From positions 792,903-856,902 of the forward strand of contig CAWHNA010000003.1 of NCBI GenBank assembly GCA_963830585.1: a stretch of DNA of 64,000 nucleotides. The letters run 5' to 3'. The position numbers and the translations under genes are program-made. The stretch is from an uncultured Chloroflexia bacterium. GTDB lineage: Bacteria; Chloroflexota; Anaerolineae; Anaerolineales; Villigracilaceae. Under the pieces are notes generated by a model. It was given only the letters and a program-made list of their open reading frames with translations. It ran no database searches and was not told the DNA's origin. Of this stretch, positions 8,737 to 17,255 are shown piece after piece (position 1 is the stretch's first letter; every line of letters begins with the position of its first letter).

Positions 8737-10338
8737 ATGGTGGCTTCTTCCCAACCACTGGCAACCGCCGCTGGTCTTGATATTTTATCTGGAGGTGGCA
8801 ATGCTGCTGACGCGGCAGTTGCAACCGCCGCCGCCCTGAATGTCACCGAACCAACATCTACCGGGTTGGGCGGGGATATGTTTGCCTTGTTCTATGATGG
8901 AAAAACCGGTCAAGTTACAGCTTTAAATGGCTCAGGTCGCTCCCCCGCTGCGCTCACAATGAACTTGCTGAAGGATTCTGCAATAGTATTGGACGAGGGC
9001 TCACTCCCCCCTTACCACCCATTAACGATCACGATTCCCGGCGCCTGTGCGGGTTGGTGCGATCTTATCGAGCGTCACGGCACCATGGGCTTGTCGAAAA
9101 TTTTTGCCCCTGCAATCCGTCTGGCAGAAACAGGGTTCCCGGTAGCCCCGGTGACATCCCATTTCTGGCAGCGTGGTGCCGAGCGGCAGTTGAAGACGTC
9201 GATTAATGGAATAGAAATGACAATCGACGGGCGCGGTCCGAATCCTGGCGAGCTGTTTCGCAATCCCGCTCTGGCGCGTACCTTAAAAACGATTGCCCAG
9301 GGTGGCAAGCAGGCTTATTACGAAGGGGAAATTGCCGATGCGATCGTTTCCACTGTCCAGACGGCAGGTGGCTGCTTAACCCAGGCTGATTTGGCGGCTC
9401 ACGTCAGCACCTGGGATGAACCTATTTCCACCTCGTACGGCGGGCTGCGCTTGTGGGAATGTCCTCCAAACGGTCAGGGGATGACTGCCCTGCTCGCCCT
9501 TAACCTTCTCGAAGGGTTTGACCTTCCTTCCGATCCACTATCTCCCGACCGTTTGCACCTGGAGATAGAGGCGCTTCGCCTCGCCTTCATCGACACCCGT
9601 TGGTATGTCACCGACCCCCGTCATCATGATACATCCGAAGAGTTGAAGACTTCAGATACCTATTCCGCCCTGGTTTCAAAGGAATATGCTGCAGCACGCC
9701 GAAAACTAATCGATCCCCAAAAAGCCACTCTTGACCAGAAGCTTGGCACTCCCCTGGCTGGCTCCGACACGGTATATTTTTGTGTGGTGGATCAATGGGG
9801 AAACGCATGTTCGTTTATCAACAGCAATTATATGGGTTTCGGCACGGGAATTGTTCCCCACGGCTGGGGTTTCACTCTCCAGAACCGAGGTCATAATTTC
9901 AACCTCGAGCCGGGGCATCCGAATGTACTGGCGCCCGGAAAACGTCCCTACCATACGATCATCCCGGGATTGATCACACGGAACTCTGATGGATCCCTTT
10001 TTGGTCCGATGGGTGTGATGGGCGGCTTTATGCAGCCGCAGGGACATTTACAAGTTTTTCTCGCCCTGGCACAGGGTCTTGACCCTCAATCTGTGTTGGA
10101 TATGCCCCGCTTCTGTATAAAGAATGGGGTTTCTGGCGGAGAGGTCGGACTGGAGCATGGGATTTCTCCACAGACGATTGCTGAGTTGGCTCAACGCGGT
10201 CACCCTGTTCGTGAGGTGACTGGCTGGGACCGGGCGGAATTCGGTCGCGGGCAGGTCATCCTGCGTGATCCCCAATCCGGTTTCTTGACTGGCGGGTCTG
10301 ATCCGCGTGCAGATGGCTGTGCCATGACCTTGATCTGA
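8737..10338 (+). CDS. ggt: gamma-glutamyltransferase family protein (cytoplasmic YwrD-like type)
   Basis: MVASSQPLATAAGLDIL..GGNAADAA, TGLGGD, and the autoprocessing site GSDTVYFCVVD (Thr nucleophile). The family-typical residues FPSRRSPVYGRGG are encoded in frame upstream of the first ATG, with no ATG/GTG/TTG there. The true start is therefore unresolved, somewhere in 8668-8737. Confidence 0.8.
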   Translation: MVASSQPLATAAGLDILSGGGNAADAAVATAAALNVTEPTSTGLGGDMFALFYDGKTGQVTALNGSGRSPAALTMNLLKDSAIVLDEGSLPPYHPLTITIPGACAGWCDLIERHGTMGLSKIFAPAIRLAETGFPVAPVTSHFWQRGAERQLKTSINGIEMTIDGRGPNPGELFRNPALARTLKTIAQGGKQAYYEGEIADAIVSTVQTAGGCLTQADLAAHVSTWDEPISTSYGGLRLWECPPNGQGMTALLALNLLEGFDLPSDPLSPDRLHLEIEALRLAFIDTRWYVTDPRHHDTSEELKTSDTYSALVSKEYAAARRKLIDPQKATLDQKLGTPLAGSDTVYFCVVDQWGNACSFINSNYMGFGTGIVPHGWGFTLQNRGHNFNLEPGHPNVLAPGKRPYHTIIPGLITRNSDGSLFGPMGVMGGFMQPQGHLQVFLALAQGLDPQSVLDMPRFCIKNGVSGGEVGLEHGISPQTIAELAQRGHPVREVTGWDRAEFGRGQVILRDPQSGFLTGGSDPRADGCAMTLI

Positions 10339-10352
10339 AATGTTCCTTGATA

Positions 10353-10381
10353 TTGTAATTACAGACGCAAACATATAAAAT
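10353..10381 (+). promoter_or_regulatory. candidate promoter of the cyd operon
   Basis: TTGTAA (10353-10358), 17-nt spacer, TAAAAT (10376-10381), about 50 nt upstream of cydA. Confidence 0.35.
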
Positions 10382-10431
10382 ATCGGCAACAAAAAACCAT
10401 ATACCGGCTATTCCATCTTTTTGGAGGCTCC

Positions 10432-11827
10432 ATGGATCCCGTTGTCCTATCAAGAATACAGTTCGGAACCACCACGATCTATCACTTTTTCTTCGTCCCT
10501 CTCACATTGGGACTCTCATGGGTTGTGGTGGGTCTGCAGACCATGTATCATTTTACCGGGGATGATAAATGGAAGCGCTTGACGAAATTTTGGGGGAAGT
10601 TATTTCTAATTAACTTTGCCATGGGTGTTGTTACCGGGATTGTTTTGGAATTCCAATTTGGGATGAATTGGTCCGCTTATTCGAGTTATGTTGGTGATAT
10701 TTTTGGAGCTCCGCTTGCCATCGAAGCTTTGCTTGCATTTTTTCTTGAATCGACCTTTCTCGGGATCTGGATTTTTGGGTGGGATAAGATTCCGAAAGCA
10801 CTGCACCTCATATCCATCTGGCTGGTCGCGTTCGGGTCGACCATGTCAGCCTTGTGGATCCTGATCGCCAATTCATTCATGCAGCACCCGATCGGTTATG
10901 ATCCAGCGAGCGTGAAGACCGGGCATCTCGTCCTGAACGATTTTGCTGCATTAGTATTTAATCAAAAAGCCTGGTTGGCGTTTCCACACACAATTTTTGC
11001 TGGTTTGACCACCGCCGCATTTTTTATGTTTGGTATCAGTGCCTGGCATCTGGCTCGTAAGCACGATATCGAGATTTTTAAAAAATCCTTCCAGGTTGCG
11101 ACAGTGCTTGGACTGGTTGCTGTAGTCCTTTCAGCGGTCACCGGTCACTCACAGGGGGTGGAGGTGATGCAGTCTCAGCCGATGAAAATGGCATCCATCG
11201 AGGCAATATGGACCAATGATCCCTACACTCCCGGTTCTTCCTTCTCGCTGCTTACGATAGGTGACCTCACCGGCAAAGAGTGAAGTTTGGTCCATCCGTA
11301 TCCCGCGTCTGCTCAGCCTTATTTCCTGCTTTAACCTGACTTGCAAAATCCCAGGTGTTGACCAGGTGCAGGCTGCTTACCAGCAGGAATACGGTCCAGG
11401 TGATTACATTCCACTGATGGTCTTCACTTATTGGGGCTTTCGCTTCATGTTTTTTTCCGCCCTCCTTATGATTGGGCTGGGCGGTTTGGGTGTTTTTGCC
11501 GTTTTTAGAAACCGCCTTGAAAAAATGAAGTTGATGAAATGGTTCCCTCTTGCGATTGTTCTGCCATACTTTGCCAATACGGGAGGTTGGCTCGTGACAG
11601 AAATGGGACGCCAACCCTGGATTGTCCAGGGATTGCTAAAAACTGGAGATGCGGTTTCGCCTAACCTAACCCCCGCTATGGTATTAATCTCACTGATTGG
11701 GTTTGTGGTCTTATATGCAGCCCTAATGGTGGTCGACGTTTCTCTTTTGGCCCGCTTTGCAAAGGCTGGACCGGATGCGACAGATACCGGCGTCCTGGGG
11801 GAACCAGCTTTGGCGGAAAAGGAATAA
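10432..11827 (+). pseudogene. cydA: cytochrome bd ubiquinol oxidase subunit I, one frame break
   Basis: ORF 10432-11283 (MDPVVLSRIQFGTTTIYHFFFVP..) stops at ..GDLTGKE. ORF 11261-11827 in the +1 frame continues with EVWSIRIPRLLSLIS..GWLVTEMGRQPWIV. The break is near 11275-11282. Span length is 3n+1, so one extra base. Confidence 0.85.
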
Positions 11828-11837
11828 GGAGGCTGCC

Positions 11838-12857
11838 ATGTTTGACTTGAACACCTTATGGTTTATCCTTATTGCAGTCTTATGGATTGGTTTCTTTATC
11901 TTGGAAGGGTTTGACTTCGGTGTGGGGATGCTAATGCCTTTCCTGGGCAGGAATGACGAAGACCGCCGCACGATTCTAAACACGATTGGCCCCCACTGGG
12001 ATGGGAACGAAGTCTGGCTTCTCACTGCCGGTGGTGCAACCTTTGCGGCTTTCCCTCAATGGTATGCCACCCTTTTCAGCGGTTTCTACCTTGCGTTCTT
12101 CCTGCTGCTTATCGGGCTGATCTTGCGCGGGGTGGCGTTTGAATTCCGCTCGAAAGATTACAATCCACGCTGGCGCCGTTTTTGGGACTGGGCCATATTT
12201 ACCGGGTCGTTCTTGCCTGCCTTGTTGCTCGGTGTTGCCTTTGCCAACTTAGCGAAGGGGTTGCCCATCGATGGAAATATGGTTTTCACCGGTAATCTAT
12301 TCACCTTGTTAAACCCATATGGGTTGCTGGGTGGGTTAACCAGTTTAAGCATCTTTCTTTTACACGGCGCAATCTTCTTAAGCCTGAAAACCGATCAAGA
12401 GATCAAAACCCGCGCCGAGCTAGCCGTCAAAAACCTCTGGCTCCTTGCTGTGGGCATTGCGATTCTCCTGGCAATCGCCACCTTCTTCTACACCGAAATC
12501 ATTTCACTTCCCGGTATTTTCCCTGTCTTGTTCCTTGTTTGTGCTTTGGGTACTCTCTTATTATCAAGGATGTTTATCCGCCGGGCTCATAACGGTTGGG
12601 CATTTGTAATGACAGCTCTAAACATCCTCTTGACGCTGGTCACGTTCTTCCTGATCATGTTCCCACGCGTGATGATTTCCAGCATTGATCCAGCCTTTAG
12701 CCTTGATATCTGGAACGCGGCTTCCTCGCCTTATACTCTTAAAATTATGAGTATTGTTGCCGCAATTTTCCTGCCTCTAATCCTGGTCTACCAGGGCTAT
12801 ACTTACTGGGTCTTTCGCAAACGGATTACTCGAGAGAAGAAGAATCTTTTATATTAG
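11838..12857 (+). CDS. cydB: cytochrome bd ubiquinol oxidase subunit II
   Basis: ATG 11838 follows the AAGGAGG RBS. Translation MFDLNTLWFILIAVLWIGFFILEGFDFGVGML..GPHWDGNEVWLL matches cydB. The track ORF start at 11757 overlaps the cydA tail and is rejected. Confidence 0.9.
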   Translation: MFDLNTLWFILIAVLWIGFFILEGFDFGVGMLMPFLGRNDEDRRTILNTIGPHWDGNEVWLLTAGGATFAAFPQWYATLFSGFYLAFFLLLIGLILRGVAFEFRSKDYNPRWRRFWDWAIFTGSFLPALLLGVAFANLAKGLPIDGNMVFTGNLFTLLNPYGLLGGLTSLSIFLLHGAIFLSLKTDQEIKTRAELAVKNLWLLAVGIAILLAIATFFYTEIISLPGIFPVLFLVCALGTLLLSRMFIRRAHNGWAFVMTALNILLTLVTFFLIMFPRVMISSIDPAFSLDIWNAASSPYTLKIMSIVAAIFLPLILVYQGYTYWVFRKRITREKKNLLY

Positions 12858-12882
12858 ATTAATTGCATACCAATAAAAATCT

Positions 12883-12908
12883 CAGCCCGACTTCCGCGAG
12901 TCGGGCTG
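12883..12908. terminator. bidirectional intrinsic terminator between convergent cydB and the act operon
   Basis: CAGCCCGAC-ttccgcga-GTCGGGCTG. An A-run precedes it (a T-run on the minus strand) and AT-rich sequence follows. Confidence 0.6.
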
Positions 12909-12975
12909 ATAAATTATTAAAATAGGAATACCCGGTATTTCGTAGTCGGTCCCTGGTTGAGCGGCCTCCAGGTGG

Positions 12976-14031
12976 CTATTTATTGATACTGATGATAAAG
13001 GCGATTACATCCGCTATTTGCTGCTGGGTGAGCATATTTTTATCACCCCAGGCGGGCATTAATTTTGTCGGGTTGGGTCCTGCTGGGGTTGACCCGTGTT
13101 GAATGAAAAGGTCGAGATTTGTTGCATAGATCTCATAACTTTTATCGACCAGGGTGGGATCGATTGGGTTCAGTGGTGGGATGGTGCCGTCATCTGAGCC
13201 GGGATTTGGTAAACCGCCTATGCCATTCTCTCCATGGCACGTGGCGCAATTCGCCTGGTAGACCAACCTGCCGTTCACGGGGTCGCCGGTGAGGCGGATG
13301 GCCTCCCCTGGACCCCCCGGGTTCGACGGTCGGGCAACTTCCTCAGCGGCAGGTGTGGTGGCAGGAGTAGCGGTGGGTGTTATGGATCCAGCTGCAACCT
13401 GGGTTCCCGCAAATATGATCGGCCCGTCAGGCGCAACCGCTCCAGGTGGTCTTCCGAAGGGCATCTTCTGCTCGATGAACAGCATATCGTTCAACAACGA
13501 TTGGTCCCAATTTTCCCCGCCAAGAATATCCTTGCCTTTAATCTCGGCGGATGTCCGCCTTGACCCGGCGATGATCCCGGCGTAGCTGGATAAGTCCATT
13601 TGTGCCGCGGCAGATGCCAGGTTGGAGTTGTGGCAGGTGATGCAAGCCGGGGCACCCGAATACCATAAGTTCCCGTCCTGGAAGAGCGTTTTTATGTCCC
13701 CATAAGCAGCTTGACAGGTGCTTCCATTGATATCGGTGAATTGGAAGGGCGCAGTTTCCTTATAACCTGAATTCACCCAGGCAGAAAGCAAGGTCCTGGC
13801 ATTCGCCATGCATTTGGAACCACCTGCCGCTGCCTTCCCTGTCTCCGGGATGGGCAGTGTGGCTGGGATGATGGTCGGGATGGGAGTATGGATGACGACA
13901 GGCTGGTCAGCTTTGGAACAGTCGTTATTCAAACCGCATGGAACGAAATATATCCCGGCGATATAGGCAATAAATAACAATGGCATGCCGAAGACAAGTA
14001 AAAGCACCCAGGTGTTGAAATCTCGCTTCAT
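12976..14031 (-). CDS. membrane-anchored dihaem c-type cytochrome, last gene of the act operon
   Basis: 351 aa with an N-terminal TM and two CxxCH motifs (CITCH, CATCH). A Pro/Thr/Ala linker is followed by a class-I cytochrome c domain (NCATCHGENG...MPAWG). It starts 13 nt after the actE stop, with a GGGAGA RBS. Confidence 0.75.
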   Translation of the reverse strand: MKRDFNTWVLLLVFGMPLLFIAYIAGIYFVPCGLNNDCSKADQPVVIHTPIPTIIPATLPIPETGKAAAGGSKCMANARTLLSAWVNSGYKETAPFQFTDINGSTCQAAYGDIKTLFQDGNLWYSGAPACITCHNSNLASAAAQMDLSSYAGIIAGSRRTSAEIKGKDILGGENWDQSLLNDMLFIEQKMPFGRPPGAVAPDGPIIFAGTQVAAGSITPTATPATTPAAEEVARPSNPGGPGEAIRLTGDPVNGRLVYQANCATCHGENGIGGLPNPGSDDGTIPPLNPIDPTLVDKSYEIYATNLDLFIQHGSTPAGPNPTKLMPAWGDKNMLTQQQIADVIAFIISINK

Positions 14032-14043
14032 GCTGTCTCCCGC

Positions 14044-14550
14044 TTATGGTTTGAGAGTCCGCAAATAGTTGACGATATCCCAACGGTCCCTGACATTCAG
14101 GTTTTCGTTCAAAGCTGGCATAAAGCCTGGGACTCCGTCCGAAATGGTCAGGAAAATGGCACCGTCACTCAGGGTCTGTACTGCTACAGAAGTCAGGTCA
14201 GCCGGTTTCTGGTTTGCGAGGTAAATCGCGATCGGACCGTCCCCGTGACCATTTTTCCCGTGACAATGCGAGCAGTTGATTTCATATAACTGCGCGCCTC
14301 GGGATAGGGACACAGTGTCGGTTGGTACCGGGTTGACTGGCGCGCCCATGCCTGGAATGGATGCAGCTCCTTCAATCGGGATGGAATCAAGCGGGACTGG
14401 CAGCGGATTCTCCATCGGTTTGAAAGAAGGCTGGATTGCCATGAACGAGACCCAGTTGATCTTGATGACATCGAACGTAAACAGGAATAATCCTCCCGCC
14501 AGGATAACCACGGCTAGTCCGATCAGCAGTAATCGATCGAGAAGCTTCAT
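14044..14550 (-). CDS. actE: alternative complex III subunit ActE (monohaem cytochrome c)
   Basis: MKLLDRLLLIGLAVVILAGG (TM) followed by a single CSHCHG motif. ATG 14550 overlaps the actD stop (ATGA). The longer track ORF start at 14637 is rejected. Confidence 0.75.
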   Translation of the reverse strand: MKLLDRLLLIGLAVVILAGGLFLFTFDVIKINWVSFMAIQPSFKPMENPLPVPLDSIPIEGAASIPGMGAPVNPVPTDTVSLSRGAQLYEINCSHCHGKNGHGDGPIAIYLANQKPADLTSVAVQTLSDGAIFLTISDGVPGFMPALNENLNVRDRWDIVNYLRTLKP

Positions 14551-15071
14551 ATTTTTTGCGCCTCCGCCGGTTGAACGGTCTCCGCTCCGATTTCCTGCAT
14601 GGCTTCGATGAATTTCGCTTCCCTTTCCTCCTGGCACAAGAACAGGACTGCCACGCGCCCATCACTGATTGCGGGTACGTATGCTTTGGGAGAATATGTT
14701 GGGAAGTGACTGTCCAGGAAGACTCCCAGGAAGGTGGCAGCCATCAAGCCCAACATGGTCATTTCAAACAAGACGACAATTGTTGGAGGTCCGGGTATGA
14801 TACCCTGCCCTCCAACAGGAACTGGGTACAAAATTGGTGCTACAAAACCAAGGAAAACTCCCACCAGGAATCCTCCTACTGCGCCTCCGATTGCCAGGCG
14901 CGGTACATTGGTCCATTGACGTGGTCGGCCCAGCATGGCCTGGTTTACCGGGATGCCGGAGATGATGTTCATGTCTCCGTCTGACAAACCCAGCTCTCGC
15001 AAGCGGTCTACCGCATGCACAGCCGGGTCTATGTCCGTAAAAACAGCCAGGAAGGAGTGTTTATCATCCAT
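14547..15071 (-). CDS. actD: alternative complex III subunit ActD (DUF3341)
   Basis: 174 aa. It has a soluble N-terminal domain (FLAVFTDIDPAVHAVDRLRELG) plus 2 TM helices, and sits between the NrfD-like and cytochrome c genes. Confidence 0.75.
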   Translation of the reverse strand: MDDKHSFLAVFTDIDPAVHAVDRLRELGLSDGDMNIISGIPVNQAMLGRPRQWTNVPRLAIGGAVGGFLVGVFLGFVAPILYPVPVGGQGIIPGPPTIVVLFEMTMLGLMAATFLGVFLDSHFPTYSPKAYVPAISDGRVAVLFLCQEEREAKFIEAMQEIGAETVQPAEAQKI

Positions 15072-15080
15072 ACCGGGTTC

Positions 15081-16505
15081 CTATTCAAGTTCCGCAACGG
15101 AAACGATCGTTTCTTTACCTACTTTTCGCAGGGTGTGGGACATCTGGCCTTCCTGCACTTCCCAAACGGGTACGAGCGGGATGAGCCGGGAGGCGCCCAT
15201 ATAAAGAAGGATGAAGAGCGCCAGGGTTCCGAAACTCAACGGGATTTCCACCGCGGGTTTGTAATCCCGCCAGGTAAAGGGCATATAGTTAACCGTTAAA
15301 GAGACAGGAATGATAATATAGCGCTCGAACCACATCCCTATGTTTATCCCCAGCCCCACGGTAAAAAGCGCCCAGGGATTGCTGCGAATCTTTTTACTCC
15401 ACAAGGTTGCCCAGGGGATGACCACGTTTAGAATTAACATTCCGAACCACATCCACCCCAGCGGACCTTTTTCGTGGAAGTGCAGCAAGGAGTCGACGAA
15501 GTTGTTCCCTCCATACCACTGCACCATATAATCATTGAAGAAAAAGTATGCCCAGCCCATGGAGACGAGCAGCATCAGTGTGCCAATTGCATTGAAGTGT
15601 TCGGGACGGAGGAAATATTTCATATTCTTCATGGTCGACCGGATAACCACCAGCACCATTGCAACCGCCGCAATTCCGGAGTGCAACGCTCCGATCACGA
15701 AGTAAGGACCGAATATGGTTGAGTTCCACCCCGGACGCATGGAAGCCGCGAAGTCCCACGCCACGATGGTATGCACGCTGAACATGACTGGCAGGATGGC
15801 AAATGCAAAAATATTCATGGCTGTTCGCAGGTGCGTCCACTCCCCTTCAGTGCCGCGAAATCCGAGAGAAAGGATTCGGTATAAAGTTTTCCTCCAACCT
15901 GTCGAACGATCACGCGCCATGGCAATGTCCGGGATCAGGGGCATGAAAAGGTACATTGTGGATGCCAGCAGGTAGGTGTTGATCGCCAGGAAGTCCCAGG
16001 TCAGGGGGGAGTGGAAATTGGGCCATAACGTGCGTTCATTTGGATACGGGAATAACCAGTAGGACAGCCACACCCGTCCCAGGTGCATGAAAATGCTCAA
16101 TCCCGCTTGCACCAGTCCAAAAGTCGTCATCAGCTCGGCTGCCCGTGTAAAGGGTCGCCGATATTCGGCTTTGAAGACACGCAGCAGGGCTGAAACAAAA
16201 GTTCCGGCGTGACTGATGCCGATCCAGAAGACCGTATTTACCAGGAAGATACCCCAGTACACCGGGCGGGTCAGACCTGCCACCCCGATCCCTTCGGCGA
16301 TCAGGTAGCCCCAAACGTAGAACAGGCAGACTGCCACCACCACGCTTAAGAGTGCAAAGATCACCCAGAACTTCCAGGAGGTGGTCTTCATTGCATCCAT
16401 CACCAATGAATTCATCTCGCCGCGTGGCCGCGGATCGAGCATCAAGTGATCCCTTCGCATTTGTTCCAGCTCGAGCTGTTCGCCTGTTTCAGCCATTGCG
16501 GGCAT
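15081..16505 (-). CDS. actC: alternative complex III subunit ActC (NrfD/PsrC-like quinol-interacting membrane subunit)
   Basis: Polytopic membrane protein of about 474 aa. ATG 16505 is preceded by GGAGG at 8 nt, and the ORF overlaps the actB2 stop by 17 nt. Confidence 0.8.
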   Translation of the reverse strand: MPAMAETGEQLELEQMRRDHLMLDPRPRGEMNSLVMDAMKTTSWKFWVIFALLSVVVAVCLFYVWGYLIAEGIGVAGLTRPVYWGIFLVNTVFWIGISHAGTFVSALLRVFKAEYRRPFTRAAELMTTFGLVQAGLSIFMHLGRVWLSYWLFPYPNERTLWPNFHSPLTWDFLAINTYLLASTMYLFMPLIPDIAMARDRSTGWRKTLYRILSLGFRGTEGEWTHLRTAMNIFAFAILPVMFSVHTIVAWDFAASMRPGWNSTIFGPYFVIGALHSGIAAVAMVLVVIRSTMKNMKYFLRPEHFNAIGTLMLLVSMGWAYFFFNDYMVQWYGGNNFVDSLLHFHEKGPLGWMWFGMLILNVVIPWATLWSKKIRSNPWALFTVGLGINIGMWFERYIIIPVSLTVNYMPFTWRDYKPAVEIPLSFGTLALFILLYMGASRLIPLVPVWEVQEGQMSHTLRKVGKETIVSVAELE

Positions 16506-17247
16506 AGTCCGAACCTCCAGTGAGATAGGTAATGCGAGGTTGTGTTCCGAGAAATTCAAGCAGCGTCACTGCTCGTCCGCTGGCAGCAGCTTTGCTGACC
16601 CGGCTATTTGGATCGTCGGTTCTCCCAAATATGATTGCATACGCTGGGCAGGTCTGAACGCAGGCGGGCTGGACTTCTCCATCAGCTACCGCCCTGCCTT
16701 CCGACTCAGCCTTGTCCTCCGCCTTGTGAATGCGTTGGACGCAAAACGTGCATTTCTCCATCACGCCCCTTCGTCTCACGGTCACATCCGGGTTAAGCTG
16801 GTTGTCGAGCGGGTCTGGGCGTTTGTAATCCCGCCAGTTGAAGATTCTTGCAACGTAAGGGCAGTTATTCGCACAATACCTCGTCCCTACGCAGCGGTTG
16901 TAAATTTGAAGGTTGAGTTGTTCGCTGTCACTGTGGACTGAAGCGAAGACCGGGCAAACGGGTTCGCAGGGAGCCGACCCGCATTGCTGGCATAAGACCG
17001 GTTGAAAGGGAGTTGCCTTTACGTCCGGGAATTTTCCTTTCCAGAAGCGCTCGGTGCGGATCCAGTACATGGCCCGGTTGTAAGCGGCATCCTCCTCTCC
17101 TACGATGGGGATGTTGTTTTCCAGCGAGCAGGCTACCACGCATGCCTGGCAGCCAGTGCACAGGTCCTGGTCGATGACCATGCCCCACTTGGCAGGTAAT
17201 GCAGACCTTGGATCGGTATTGGAATCCGGGATGCTAAGTTCCGACAT
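16489..17247 (-). CDS. actB: alternative complex III subunit ActB2 (4Fe-4S ferredoxin-type)
   Basis: 252 aa with multiple Cys clusters: CTGCQACVVAC, CQQCGSAPCEPVCP, CVGTRYCANNCP, CVQTCP. Confidence 0.8.
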   Translation of the reverse strand: MSELSIPDSNTDPRSALPAKWGMVIDQDLCTGCQACVVACSLENNIPIVGEEDAAYNRAMYWIRTERFWKGKFPDVKATPFQPVLCQQCGSAPCEPVCPVFASVHSDSEQLNLQIYNRCVGTRYCANNCPYVARIFNWRDYKRPDPLDNQLNPDVTVRRRGVMEKCTFCVQRIHKAEDKAESEGRAVADGEVQPACVQTCPAYAIIFGRTDDPNSRVSKAAASGRAVTLLEFLGTQPRITYLTGGSDYARNG

Positions 17248-17255
17248 TTTTACCT

